Shown: positions 1 through 17,190 of the stretch, piece by piece
Position numbering within the stretch: position 1 is the stretch's first letter
Layout of the letters: each line of letters begins with the position of its first letter
Assembly (NCBI GenBank): GCA_964016885.1
Contig: CAXHJY010000920.1
Span: 1 to 38,217 of the forward strand
Reading direction: 5' to 3'
Source of the DNA: Eledone cirrhosa
Taxonomy: Eukaryota
DNA length: 38,217 bases
Notes under the pieces: model-generated
What the model saw: the letters and a program-made list of their open reading frames with translations, nothing else
The model's database searches: none
Told to the model about the DNA's origin: nothing
Made by a program: the position numbers and the translations under genes

Positions 1-31
1 TATATATGTATATATATGTATATTATATATG

Positions 32-66
<35 letters not shown>

Positions 67-88
67 GTATATATATATATGTATATAT

Positions 89-146
<58 letters not shown>

Positions 147-155
147 GTATATATG

Positions 156-186
<31 letters not shown>

Positions 187-217
187 GTATATATATATAT
201 GTATATATATATATGTA

Positions 218-283
<66 letters not shown>

Positions 284-398
284 GTATATATATATGTATA
301 TATGTATATATATATATGTATATATATATATGTATATATATATATATGTATATATATATGTATATATATATATGTATATATATGTATATATATATATG

Positions 399-444
<46 letters not shown>

Positions 445-484
445 GTATATATATGTATATATATGTATATTTATATGTATATAT

Positions 485-518
<34 letters not shown>

Positions 519-749
519 ATATGTATATTATATTATATATATATGTATATATATATATGTATATATATATATGTATATATATATATGTATATATATATAT
601 GTATATATATATATGTATATATATATGTATATATATATATGTATATATATATGTATATATATATATGTATATATATATGTATATATATATATGTGTATAT
701 ATATATATGTATATATATATATATGTATATATATATGTATATGTATATG

Positions 750-780
<31 letters not shown>

Positions 781-839
781 GTATATATATATGTATATAT
801 ATATATATGTATATATATATGTATATATATATGTATATG

Positions 840-870
<31 letters not shown>

Positions 871-1145
871 GTATATATATATGTATATATATATGTATAT
901 ATATATATATGTATATATATATGTATATATATATGTATATATATATGTATATATATATATATGTATATATATATGTATATATATGTATATATATATGTAT
1001 ATATATATATATGTATATATATATGTATATATATATATATGTATATATATATGTATATATATGTATATATATATATATGTATATATATATGTATATATAT
1101 ATGTATATATATATGTATATATATATATATATGTATATATATATG

Positions 1146-1180
<35 letters not shown>

Positions 1181-1509
1181 GTATATATATATGTATATAT
1201 ATATGTATATATATATGTATATATATATGTATATATATATGTATATATATATGTATATTTATATGTATATATATATGTATATATATATGTATATTTATAT
1301 GTATATATATATGTATATATATATGTATATATATTTATATGTATATATATATGTATATATATATGTATATTTATATGTATATATATATGTATATATATAT
1401 ATGTATATATATTTATATGTATATATATATGTATATATATATGTATATATGTATATATATATGTATATATATATATATATGTATATGTATATATATATGT
1501 ATATATATG

Positions 1510-1554
<45 letters not shown>

Positions 1555-1605
1555 GTATATATATATGTATATATATATATATGTATATATATGTATATAT
1601 ATATG

Positions 1606-1636
<31 letters not shown>

Positions 1637-1851
1637 GTATATGTATATATATATATATGTATATGTATATATATATGTATATATATGTATATATATATGT
1701 ATATATATATGTATATATATATGTATATATATGTATATATATATATATGTATATGTATATATATATGTATATATATGTATATATATATGTATATATATAT
1801 GTATATATATATGTATATATATGTATATATATATGTATATATATGTATATA

Positions 1852-1892
<41 letters not shown>
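1..1892. repeat. Imperfect (TA)n microsatellite array with TG interruptions
   Basis: Continuous TA dinucleotide runs interrupted by G (TATATG) and occasionally TTTA; G is confined to the + strand. Confidence 0.98.
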
Positions 1893-1900
<8 letters not shown>

Positions 1901-2544
1901 CTGTGTATATATATAAAAAAAATATATATATATATATATATATGTATACCGTCTCTGCATATGCATGTGGTGTGTATACGTGCATATACATGCTGAACAT
2001 ATTGATGTGTACAATCTTGTGATGTCCCAATGCGGTGACTTAATGGCTTTTTATATATCTTCTGTCTTTTATATATATTTGTATGCGCTACAACTGTGTC
2101 TGCTTGCTTTAACCTCACCTCGCTTGCTAATGCATGTGAATTCTTCTACCTCCTTCGATGCACCTCTCTGACCAATTGACTCCTGCCCGTGTGTGAACCG
2201 GTTTGTGATTACCCCACCGCTCAACTGTACGAATGCACACCCATGACTTTCGAGTGAACTTTCGAGACTGCCCAACCTGGAACGCCTCCATTGCCTTGCA
2301 ATGGTCAAGTGATACTGGTGACTGTGACACTTAGTGCCTTCGTGGGCCCCTGATGTTTTCATGATATATATTTAAAAAAATTGGTCAAGTGATACACATA
2401 ACTGTGACATTTAGTGCCTTCGTGGGCCCCTGATATATTCAAGAGATATATTCTTAAAAAATATATATCTTATCTCAATTACTTTATTTCATTTTATTTC
2501 ATTTCATGTTATCTAATTTTATTTATTTACTTACTTGACTCCAT

Positions 2545-2588
<44 letters not shown>

Positions 2589-3030
2589 ATTTAAATTTAA
2601 ATTTTAATTTTAAAATTTAAGATTTTAAAATTTAAATTTAAATTTTATTTATTTATTTAATTTTATTTATTTATTTATTTATTTATTTTATTTAATTACA
2701 TTTAATTACATTTAATTATACATTTAATTATATCTTATATTATATTATTTTAATTTAGTCTATGTTATTTGATTTTAGTTTACCTTATTTTATCTTATTT
2801 TACGATTATACTATATTATGTTCTATGTATATAATTTTTAATTTTTAATTTTATATTATTTTATCTCATTCCTTACCCTATATTTTATATTTTATATGTA
2901 AGTTTGTTATGTATTTCTTTGTATTTCTTTTTATATATATTATAAGTCTGTTTTTCACCTATTTTTTACCTATTTTTTACCTACTCTTACCTAATCCCAT
3001 TATCTTATCTACTCTTGTCTGTTTTTATCC
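1893..3030 (+). mobile_element. Diverged, truncated copy of the 3' UTR of the PLE at 15558-20596
   Basis: Aligns by eye with ~19211-20180 (e.g. GTATACCGTCTCTGCATATGCATGTGG, GTGAACCGGTTTGTGATTACC, the ATTTT-rich tract, CTTGTCTGTT..TTATCC). It has deletions and an ~80-bp tandem duplication at 2302/2382. Confidence 0.9.
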
Positions 3031-3575
3031 TTGAATTCTCACACCTTATTTGCGAGAGCCATTGCTGTTCTTTTATCGGAGTGTTTAAAAGAAGCGACAT
3101 GTGCATAAAACCTGGTTTAAAACCTGTCCTGAGTCATGCCAACATATCGTTCACTCCTGGCTGGCTGGTTGCTCATTAAAGGTGTCACTTTGGCCTCATA
3201 TACAATGGATTTGGTGTTACATTTGCCCTGTAATGGGCATTCATCCGGCTTCCTGCAACTGCATCCTGGGTTTATTCTCGTACGATTAGAATTGGTGATT
3301 TTAGACTTCATTGATGGGCAGCAAGAGTAACTGATTTTAACTATATTTCTATTAAATATATTATGATATCTATGATTAGGAGGAAAATGTTTGTCTAAGA
3401 GGTCAAGGAATTTCCTTCCTACATTAGTTTTGACAGTTAGAGAGAAGGGGGGGGGGTGTAAACCAAATAATTTTCCTTTTCCTATTATTGTGCTTAGTTT
3501 TAGAGGGAGGAGTAGGTAAATAATTAATGTGTTCTGTAAATCCGCTGTTATTAAATGCTTTATTATAATATGTCT
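3031..3575 (-). pseudogene. PLE fragment: RT C-terminal linker and GIY-YIG endonuclease start, with stops and frameshifts
   Basis: Minus strand encodes [11 protein letters not shown]...KIIWFTPP...[26 protein letters not shown]...[10 protein letters not shown]...ALANKV*EFK. This is homologous to 17191-18438 and closely related to the 12786-13850 element. Confidence 0.88.
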
Positions 3576-3725
3576 AGAGACGAAGATATATATGTATATA
3601 GATATATGTATATATATATATGTATATATATATATGTATATATATATATATGTATATAGATATATATAAATATAAATATATATATATATGTATATATGTA
3701 TATAGATATATATATGTATATATAT

Positions 3726-4386
3726 ATATGAAAGACGTAAAATAAGAAAATTATAAAAATTAACTTACTAAAATTTCACTCCAACTAATTACTTTCTGAA
3801 AGGGAATAAACATGGTTTCCGAATGGAACATGGAGAATACCTTTCGTCATCCGGAAGTCAATTCTCAGCTAAGTTCCCAGGCGATGCGGGGACACAGGGA
3901 ACTTATACAAAAATAATTCAGTGGATGGAAAAAAGCAAGCAAGGACTAAATTCCAGGACATTGAAAAAATCACTGCCTACTTGGTCGGTGGCAAATTCAA
4001 AAGAATCATTCACGTGACATCGAGGTTAATCAGTGAGGAGTGGGGTGTAATAAGACAGTAGCCTGAATATTACTAAGAACTATAGTAGTAGTTTTGGCAA
4101 ATTTTTGCTCAACAAAATAATTTGGAGTTAATTATAAAGAATTAGTATATCTACCAACATATGTATACAGATGCATACCCATGCTAGCAAATATATAGGT
4201 TTTGTCTTAGTAACTTTGTGGTTCAATGCAAGGAGATGCAGAACAATTATATGAAAGACGTAAAATAAGAAAATTATAAAATTAACTTACTTACTAAAAT
4301 TTCACTCCAACTAATTAGTTTCTGAAAGGGAATAAACATTGTTTCCGAATGGAACATGGAGAATATGATGACGAAAGGTATTCTCC

Positions 4387-4388
<2 letters not shown>
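3726..4388 (-). mobile_element. Non-autonomous hammerhead-containing tandem element (retrozyme-like), copy 1, ~1.2 units of 523 bp
   Basis: ATGAAAGACGTAAAATAAG occurs at 3728 and 4251 (period 523). No meaningful ORF, flanked by (TA)n, and alignable as reverse complement to 32288-33042. A small inversion at 4356-4388 forms the 5' end. Confidence 0.75.
3779..3857 (-). ncRNA. Type I hammerhead ribozyme motif (family A), degenerate copy
   Basis: Minus strand: CUUC-CGGAUGA-C GAAAGG...CCUUUC A-GAAAG-UAAUUA-GUU-GGAG. Two core changes in this copy (U4G, C15.2G). The second unit retains GAAAC-UAAUUA-GUU (4305-4323) and the inverted piece at 4366 retains UGAUGA. Confidence 0.7.
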
Positions 4389-4448
<60 letters not shown>

Positions 4449-4459
4449 GTATATATATA

Positions 4460-4612
4460 GAAATCCCGGATAATGCCTCCGTAAACAATAACTCTCTACT
4501 CGAGTGGGCCATCGTGCCCAAATACTGATTTGTAAGACTTCGCCAGTTGGTGCTATTAAGTTATACATGGCCTGGGCCAATACTGGCCGAAACCTATCAA
4601 GGTTATTAAGTT
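4460..4612 (+). mobile_element. Extreme 3' end of the CR1/L2-group LINE family seen at 24120-25074
   Basis: Matches ~24925-25074 (NNSLLEWAIVPKY* vs NSNSLLEWAMVPKS*, GACTTCGCCAG.TGGTGCTATTAAGTT, AAGTT-type tail). Flanked by (TA)n. Confidence 0.88.
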
Positions 4613-4625
4613 ATATATATATATA

Positions 4626-5026
4626 TGTATCTATCTAAGGCGGGTTAAATTCCCGAGATCCATGGACGAGTTCTCTCAAGCGGTCTCTGTCCCTCATTAT
4701 CGCTGCCATGTCCTGTGTCTCCAACAGACCAGTGTCTGTGCTTAGGGCATCAACATACGTTAACCTTGGTCTTCCTTTTCTAGTGTGTCCATGTAGGGGC
4801 TTCCACAGGAGCACTGAGTGCAATGTCAACTCTGGATGTCGGTGAGCATGTCCAGCTAACCTCAGTCTCCTCTCTGTCACTTTTGAGCTGACTTTTGGGA
4901 TGTTCCATACAGCTCTGAGTTTTTCATCCTCAGTGTATACTGATTAATGTTCAGAGCCCTCCTCAGCATTCTCGTGTAGCACCCATCCACCATCTGAGTG
5001 AGTTTCTTGGTCAGTGTCCAAGTCTC
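4626..5026 (-). mobile_element. 5'-truncated RTE-clade LINE, C-terminus of RT ORF (one frameshift)
   Basis: Minus strand reads [27 protein letters not shown]...LYG / [18 protein letters not shown]...LLWKP...GRPRLTYVDAL; stop at 4635. ETWTL, RRLRLAGH and GRP..TY.D are typical RTE C-terminal motifs. Confidence 0.85.
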
Positions 5027-6825
<1,799 letters not shown>

Positions 6826-7431
6826 TCAGGTCACCAGTTGGTGCTACTGGTAACATGTATGCCAATACAACCTGTCTCATGGTCGGGTCGTTGGCGACTA
6901 AACTGGCAACCCCACCAAGGTTTCTTGTTGAGGAGGGTGACTTTGGACATCCTGCAGGACTAAAAACAAAACCTGTCAAAGGGCAAAGGAGCTCTTAAGA
7001 GTCAATGGCCATCCAAAATCACCGGGAGAGATGACCCCTTAGCCTTTGTCAAGGCAGAATTCTAGGAGAAGGAAAACTCTGATATAACATCTGCAACCCT
7101 GATGGTATCGAATGATGTTGACTTGTTCTTCTCTTTGGTAAATATCATCTTGGTTAAGAGAGTGGTACTGGCTTTGTGCAGTGCCTTTGCTCACTATAAA
7201 AGCTTCACGGCACAGGCATTGCTTTATATCTGGAGATCTCACTGCACTTGTCGTCACATGGTACCATGGGCCCAGAACTATGTGTCAATAATTGTCACAA
7301 GTGTAGTGTTTTGTACCAGAGTTTTCAAGTTGCTGGCTGGACTAAAATGTCACTCGTTCAACGCATTGGTAGGAGTTCTCCTACATGGATATAAAGTAGT
7401 GGCCGTACTCGAAAACGAGTTGGCAGCCCCC
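6826..7431. other. Unclassified ~600-bp complex insertion between TA arrays, possibly an RTE 5' region or RTE-related SINE
   Basis: Non-repetitive island with no recognisable protein. Contains CTAGGAGAAGGAAAACTCTGA (~7062-7082), which resembles a motif I recall from RTE-clade 5' regions; unverified. Confidence 0.3.
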
Positions 7432-11261
<3,830 letters not shown>

Positions 11262-11468
11262 TAAAGAAGGAAATGTGGTAAGGAACCAGGTGGACCATAA
11301 CGCACCAAAGTACTCAATACTTAGGGTAGTAGAGTGGGTAATAGGAACAAGTAAGACCCCGACGGCTGAGCTCAAGCCGTTTCGACGGCTAATTCTGGAC
11401 GCGAATTAGTCCAGAATTAGCCGTCGAAACGGCTTGAGCTCAGCCGTCGGGGTCTTACTTGTTCCTAT
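11262..11468 (-). mobile_element. Short pseudo-LTR-like 3' end (family B) with a 60-bp fold-back and partial hammerhead
   Basis: Arms 11341-11400 and 11409-11468 are perfect reverse complements. Each contains GAAACGGCU-UGAGCUC-AGCCGUC-GGGG (hammerhead stem III and GUC site), but the CUGANGA box is cut off. A related piece lies at 27013-27092. Confidence 0.7.
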
Positions 11469-11536
<68 letters not shown>

Positions 11537-11557
11537 GTATAATAAACAATATAATAT

Positions 11558-11635
11558 AATTACCTCATTACCAGAGGTTTCCCGAATAAGACGATTACGA
11601 AAAATGTCCTCATTCGTTCATCGGACAAGGCAATT
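11558..11635 (-). ncRNA. Type I hammerhead variant (family C)
   Basis: Minus: AAUUGCCUUGU-CCGAUGA-A CGAAUGAGGAC...GUCUUAUUCG G-GAAA-CCUCUGG-UA-AUGAGGUAAUU; 11-bp stem I including GU pairs. Confidence 0.75.
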
Positions 11636-12785
11636 TAAAACAGTGAAATATTTGAAAAATCTCCTCAAGAAAGGCAAGAGTTTAATGGGCAAAAAATAAA
11701 GCAAGAGATATATAAAAATAAGGAAATATAGTTACGATATGTGTATAAATGTGTATATATTCACTCACAAATATACATATGTTTGTATGTACAAATGCAT
11801 GTGTATAGTGAAAATGTGTCTGTGCGTAAGTACGTATATGAGGGCAAGCATAATAGTGTATGTGTGACCAATACGTATATTGAAAAATAATGTACATCCA
11901 GATTTAGGTATTAAATATGTACACATCCAAGTATGAAAGCACGCATATAAACACACACGCGCGATCATTTATATGCAGAAGATTAAATGGGAGGGGAGTG
12001 TATTAGTCAAAAAGAGTGTCATATTCGATATATATAAAAATGAAACAATATGTGAGAAAGAAAAAATGTTGTTTAAATCAAAGAGAAAGTAAATGGGAGG
12101 GGTTATCAATTATAAATTAACACTAGAGAAAAAGAAAACAAACATAGGTTCGCACGTACGCACACATACATATAAAAATATATATATATGAATACGTACA
12201 GGCAAAAGCGCATGCATACGTACATACATACAAACGAAGCACACATATATATACATATATCGACACACGTGTATCTAAGCACACGTACGTACGCGACTAT
12301 ATTTATCCATATATGCATACACGCACATACATACATATACATATACATATATATATACACATACTTATACACATACGTTCACCCACATACACACACTCGT
12401 ATAAATATAGATATAAAAACACACATGCTCACACATATAGACACACACACGCACACATACGGAGGCGCATGCACACTCACACGCATAGATACAAAATATA
12501 GACCAGCCATATGAAAAAAAGAAATACAAATATAAAAGCGGCTGCGAAACAACAGAATATATCTGGAATGGAAAACGCAAGTGACATGTACTATCAAGTA
12601 ATGAAAGAAAATGGGGAAGTAAAGTGTGGAATGTGAAGATATTAGGTAAGTGAATCAAAAAGTAGTGGGGTGGTCACTGGTGGATGTGAAGTGAAAATAA
12701 AAAAGAAAATAAAGTTAAAAATGAAAGTAAATCAGAAAGAGAAGTCTGGAAAGAGGATAATTTAAGGAAAGTGTAGAACAAGAGT

Positions 12786-14060
12786 TTATGGAGGATAAGT
12801 ATCTGAAAGTGAGTTAAGTTTATATGAGCTGGAAAGCAAGTTTGATTTCATGTGTGGGCAACTGGTGAAAATTTCTGTTTTTGTATTTAGGCAGGTTTTT
12901 GGTGATTTAAGGTTCTGTAAAATCCATAATTTTTCACTTATGTAGAGTGTGCATCTTCTTGTTCCTCTTGCATATTCTTTAGATTGGTTCAAAATTGACC
13001 AATCCAATTTATATTGGATACCTTGGGCTTTCAAATCCCATATTCTGCTAGCCAGAGCTGTTGTAAATCTTTTTTCTGGATGTCGGAAAGATGCGACATG
13101 TGAGTAATATCGCGTTTTGAATTTGTCTGTGTCATACCCACATATCGTTCGCTGGTGACTGGTAGGTTGTTTCTGATGGTTGTCACTTTAGCCGCATATA
13201 CAATGGCTTTGGTGTTGCATTTACCTTGTAATGGGCATTCACTTTTGACTCTACAGGAGCAATTTTGATGTTCTCTGGGTATTTTCTTATTGATGATATA
13301 AGATTTAATAGGGGGACCGCAGGAGTAGCTAATTTTGACACAGTTTCTATTGAAGATCTTATAGTATCTATGTGTTCTAGGGAAATGTTTATCTAAGAGC
13401 TCTAGGAATGTTATGCCTACATTAGTTTTAACTGCTAGAGAGTAGGAGGTGTGAACCAGATTATTTTTCTTTTCCTATTATGTTTAAAGGAGGTAGTATT
13501 GTTGGGTATGTACTTAATCGGTTCGCTAAATCCGCTATTTTGAAGAGCTTTATTATAGAGGGGGATGCCTTATTGAAAATAGCCTCTGAGGAAGAGAGGG
13601 TGGAGATCCTACGGCTAATATTAGGGATAAGGTCTTTAAAACTATAGGAGGATGGCAAGAGCCTTTATTTATATATTTTAAATTTTCATTAGGTTTATGG
13701 TACGGTTTATAAGAAGCAGTAGGCAGATCTAGGTTTATATCTAGAAAATTAACATTGGAAAGGTTAGTGTCAATAGTAATTTTAAGATTAAAACTAGCGA
13801 AGGTTTTTATTAAGTCTTTCCTTAATCTATCTAAGTTATGGCCTATGGTGGTATGGGAAAAAGCCCCAAAATATGGTTAGGGAATTTGAATATTGAAATA
13901 TCATTAGATAGTTTAGATTGAAAAGAGTTAGAGTACTTACGAAATTTGATATTGTTGATTAAATTAACTAAGTCTAGTTCAAAAGCGGTCATATCTTTTA
14001 CTCTTTGCGGGTATTTATGAGTTTTGATATCAAAATGTTCCGTAGAGTCCGTGTTAAAGT
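12786..14060 (-). pseudogene. Degenerate PLE ORF: N-terminal piece joined to RT thumb and GIY-YIG endonuclease; RT core deleted
   Basis: Minus strand: HFDIKTHKYPQ..MTAFELDLVNLINNIKFRKYSNSFQSKLSNDI, then directly [98 protein letters not shown]; several frameshifts. Confidence 0.9.
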
Positions 14061-14402
14061 TGATCGCACATGTGTGTTTATATGCGTACTTTCATACTTG
14101 TATGTGCATATATTTAATACCTAAATCTGGATGTACATTATTTTCAACTTATATTATATACGTATTGGTCACACATACACTATTATGTTTTCCCTCATAT
14201 ACGTACTTACGCACACACACATTTTCACTATACACATGCATTTGTACATACACACATATGTACATTTGTGAGTGAATATATACACATTTATACACATATC
14301 GTAACTATATTTCCTTATTTTTATATATCTCTTGCTTTATTTTTTTGCCCATTAAACTCTTGCCTTTCTTGAGGAGATTTAAAAATATTTCACTATGTTT
14401 TA

Positions 14403-14480
14403 AATTACCTTGCCCGATGAACGAATGAGGACATTTTTCGTAATCGTCTTATTCGGGAAACCTTTGGTAATGAGGTAATT
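14403..14480 (+). ncRNA. Type I hammerhead variant (family C)
   Basis: AAUUACCUUGC-CCGAUGA-A CGAAUGAGGAC...GUCUUAUUCG G-GAAA-CCUUUGG-UA-AUGAGGUAAUU; AAUUACCU/AGGUAAUU is a perfect 8-bp helix. Confidence 0.75.
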
Positions 14481-14572
14481 ATATTGAATTGTTTATTATA
14501 CATTAAACTTAGCTCTGGTACTTACATAGAGCACTCTTCACTCCTATGACTTTCTCAATTTTCAACGGAAAC

Positions 14573-14609
<37 letters not shown>

Positions 14610-14616
<7 letters not shown>

Positions 14617-14657
14617 GGAGCTTCTACAGGACTAGTCCTGTAGAAGCTCCTTCTATA
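14610..14657. repeat. Perfect 48-bp palindrome at the start of a short insertion (to ~14735)
   Basis: TATAGAAGGAGCTTCTACAGGACT|AGTCCTGTAGAAGCTCCTTCTATA, no loop. Confidence 0.95.
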
Positions 14658-14735
14658 AAATAAGAAAATTTTACTCTGCCATGTATTGAGTACCTTACTT
14701 ACTGTGGTTATCCCCGACTCAACCCGGGACCTACG

Positions 14736-14769
<34 letters not shown>

Positions 14770-14778
14770 GATATATAG

Positions 14779-14833
<55 letters not shown>

Positions 14834-14961
14834 ATGTAGGAGGTGAGTTTTATTGTAGTACAATAAAGCAATGCAGATATCGGATAAGAAGCACTCTACA
14901 GTTAGTGGGACTGGAGTATGCATAATATAAGATCAAAAGATGGTTAAAGGAGTTCAATATA

Positions 14962-15026
14962 TTTTATTATGCGCATTTCAAAAACAAACATCATCAAACA
15001 ATAATATGTGTTTTCATCAGATAAAA
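14962..15026 (-). ncRNA. Type I hammerhead ribozyme (family D), mirror copy
   Basis: Reverse complement of 15151-15217 with a 2-nt deletion in stem II. Confidence 0.8.
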
Positions 15027-15150
15027 CAGGAGAACATGATATGAAGGCTAAAAAACACTTGTTGATAGTGCAGTTTTAAATCAACATATGTTGATTTAAA
15101 ACTGCACTATCAACAAGTGTTTTTTTTAGCCTTCATATCATGTTCTCCTG

Positions 15151-15217
15151 TTTTATCTGATGAAAACACAAATATTATTGTTTGATGATGTTTGTTTTTG
15201 AAATGCGCATAATAAAA
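15151..15217 (+). ncRNA. Type I minimal hammerhead ribozyme (family D)
   Basis: UUUUAU-CUGAUGA-AAACACAAAUAUUAU...AUGAUGUUUGUUUUU-GAAA-UGCGCA-UA-AUAAAA; intact core, palindromic stem III AUGCGCAU. Confidence 0.88.
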
Positions 15218-15278
15218 TATATTGAACTCCTTTAACCATCTTTTGATCTTATATTATATGTATATATATATATATATA

Positions 15279-15557
15279 GTTAAAAGAATAGAGGTGTAAC
15301 ACACAAGTTATTATATATTGGTAAACGGAATAGAAAATGCTGACAAATTGTTCACAGTTGAAAAATGGTTTAATTAGGAATAAAAGAGTATTAGTGATTG
15401 TATGGGTTAGTATTCAGTTGTGGTTTTAAGTTTTTAAGTTTTTACCGGTTGCGCATTTCTAAATGCTTTTCAAAAATAATTTTGAGATAGAGTGTCCGTG
15501 CTGTTTGCGATCAGAGCAAACAGCACGGACACTCTATCTCAAAATTATTTTTGAAAA
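15279..15557 (-). mobile_element. Pseudo-LTR-like fragment ending in a 42-bp-arm hairpin (15467-15557)
   Basis: Arms 15467-15508 and 15516-15557 are perfect inverted repeats with loop GATCAGA. Minus strand has a decayed CUGAUC...GAAAUGCGCA motif and ends ..AACTATA into (TA)n. Confidence 0.55.
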
Positions 15558-15964
15558 CCATGTGTATGCTTGTATGTAACTATATGTTGACACCACCCCG
15601 CCCAACTGTGACTGATAGCACCCCTTATTTTTCAATGTTTATTTTTCAATGTTTATTTTTCAATGTTTATTTTTATTTTTACTTCCTCAATATTTTTTAT
15701 CTTTTATTATTTTTTATTCTTTATTTCTTCAATGTCTTGGATTTGTTATTGCTTGTGTGATATGTAATCAACCTTTATGCTCTGATGAGTCCCACTTATA
15801 GTGCGGATGAAACAATGTTAGCAAGTAAAGATATGCATATGCTATAGGCGTTCTTTGTTGTTGATTATATCACGGCTCTGTCCTCAGACATCGAGCTAAC
15901 CTTATACTGCCTGTTGGATAAGTGGAGTGTTATACACCCCTGATCCTCTCCTTAATATACTATA
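15558..15964 (+). repeat. 5' pseudo-LTR of PLE
   Basis: Near-identical direct repeat of 20179-20596 (CCATGTGTATGCTTG...TAATATACTATA). Confidence 0.93.
15778..15823 (+). ncRNA. Type I minimal hammerhead ribozyme (family F, 5' pLTR)
   Basis: UGCU-CUGAUGA-GUCCCAC UUAUA GUGCGGAU-GAAAC-AAU-GUU-AGCA; predicted cleavage after GUU at 15819. Confidence 0.9.
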
Positions 15965-17168
15965 CGGCTCCCACTGGTTGAGCTTAAACTTTGATATACG
16001 TGGATTTGTATCCTTGTATATTATCAGGCAGTATGCTAACAAAGACATACTTACCCATTTCTTTGAAGAATATTCCCACCCCCCTAAAATCTCATATGAG
16101 AAATCACTGATAACTAGCATAAACTCCTTCGTAAAACGTGTTCGGTGGCGTGCGTTCCATTTTGATAAGAAGTATGATAGCCCTGAAGATAAGCGTAGTT
16201 TTAATAATTATGGATTTAAGACATATAGGAGCCCCCCGCATAATAGCCTGTTGGATAATTTCGAAAGTGAGCTATTATCCCTTGTTAGGAATATTAGATA
16301 TAAAAAATCTAGATGTACCAATAAATTTCAGAGTAAACTAAGTTCTATCGTTAGGGACTTTAGGGATAATAAATCCATTCTGGTCCCCTCTGACAAAACT
16401 AAAAACTTATATAGTATGGATTATAAAACCTATCGCGGCTTCATTTATAATGAACTACATAGGAACTACAAAAAAACAACGCAGAGTAATTTAGATAATA
16501 TTAATCTGGAGGGGTATAACATAGTGGTAAAATTAGGTCTGGATAAACACACTCAACCTTATTACCCCAAGCAGCCTAGATTCACCCTCAAGGACCATAA
16601 GGAAAATTTTATTAGCAGACCCTCAGTTAGGCTTATCTGCCCCTCCAAGTCTGACCTGGGGATTATTAGTAAGGGAATCTTGGATAACGTTATTCCCCTG
16701 GTTAGAGAAAAAACTTTCCTTGAGCTTTGGGGTAACACTAGTGAAGTCATCAGGTGGTTCTCTACGGATTGTGGTCGTGACTCACTCAGATTCATCCAAT
16801 TTGATATTGATGCTTATTATACATCTATATCTCCTATTATCCTCAATAAGGCCCTTATCCTAGCCATGCAGAGGGGGGCAATTACAAGGCCACAGATAGA
16901 TATTGTTCTCGCTGCACGTAAAACCATTATCATGTTTGAGGATAATCTATGGACGAGAAAAAACACACCTGATAATTTTGACATTACTATGGGGTCGAGT
17001 GATTCTGCTCAGGTCACCGACTTAGTTGGGCTATACCTCCTCAATGAACTGCATAGTAACTTCCCATTCCTTAGGGGTGGGTTGTACCGGGATGACACCC
17101 TACTCTCCATAGATACTAGTAAGTATAATATAGTGCGCATTAGGAAAAAGCTGCATAGCTTTTTTTAA
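15927..17168 (+). CDS. PLE reverse transcriptase (N-terminal and core part; true start probably ATG 16033 via a C-run frameshift)
   Basis: FVKRVRWRA, SDKTKNLY, LKDHKENF..RPSVRLICP, FIQFDIDAYYTSI (motif A), FDITMGSSDSAQVTDLVGLYLL (motif B), GLYRDDTL (catalytic motif C). Ends at a T7 run where the homologous frame continues in +1. Confidence 0.92.
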   Translation: MLYTPDPLLNILYGSHWLSLNFDIRGFVSLYIIRQYANKDILTHFFEEYSHPPKISYEKSLITSINSFVKRVRWRAFHFDKKYDSPEDKRSFNNYGFKTYRSPPHNSLLDNFESELLSLVRNIRYKKSRCTNKFQSKLSSIVRDFRDNKSILVPSDKTKNLYSMDYKTYRGFIYNELHRNYKKTTQSNLDNINLEGYNIVVKLGLDKHTQPYYPKQPRFTLKDHKENFISRPSVRLICPSKSDLGIISKGILDNVIPLVREKTFLELWGNTSEVIRWFSTDCGRDSLRFIQFDIDAYYTSISPIILNKALILAMQRGAITRPQIDIVLAARKTIIMFEDNLWTRKNTPDNFDITMGSSDSAQVTDLVGLYLLNELHSNFPFLRGGLYRDDTLLSIDTSKYNIVRIRKKLHSFF

Positions 17169-17190
17169 AACCTTTAACCTATACATTACT

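Larger units (their letters stand above)
11533..14580 (-). mobile_element. Internally deleted PLE with 3' pseudo-LTR (11533-11967) and inverted upstream pseudo-LTR (14061-14580)
   Basis: 11533-11967 is the reverse complement of 14061-14505. They enclose a degenerate PLE ORF (12786-14060) and a ~0.8-kb CA/GT-rich 3' UTR. An inverted 5' pLTR is a known PLE arrangement. Confidence 0.88.
14830..15257 (-). mobile_element. Pseudo-LTR-like fragment (family D) with a ~168-bp-arm fold-back palindrome (14922-15257)
   Basis: Arms are near-perfect reverse complements centred on CAACAT|ATGTTG (15087/15088). The same family occurs un-inverted at 25562-25735. Confidence 0.85.

Noticed and set aside
14922-15257. 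Palindromes as MITE/DNA-transposon terminal inverted repeats
   Set aside because: Arms abut with little or no spacer, one arm continues as longer element sequence, and the same sequence occurs un-inverted at 25562; better explained as fold-back of retro-copies.
15445-15515. Complete hammerhead on the minus strand (CUGAUCG...GAAAUGCGCAAC)
   Set aside because: Core deviates at several positions and stem I cannot form; kept only as a decayed remnant.
15927-16032. GTG start and N-terminal MLYTPDPLLNILYG of the track ORF
   Set aside because: Eukaryotic context, overlaps the pLTR end, and a better ATG with a family-like N-terminus exists at 16033.
17155-17175. TTTTTTA slippery-like heptamer as a programmed -1 frameshift
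   Set aside because: The downstream frame is +1, not -1, PLEs normally have a single ORF, and a compensating indel exists in the C6 run upstream; a homopolymer error or mutation is simpler.
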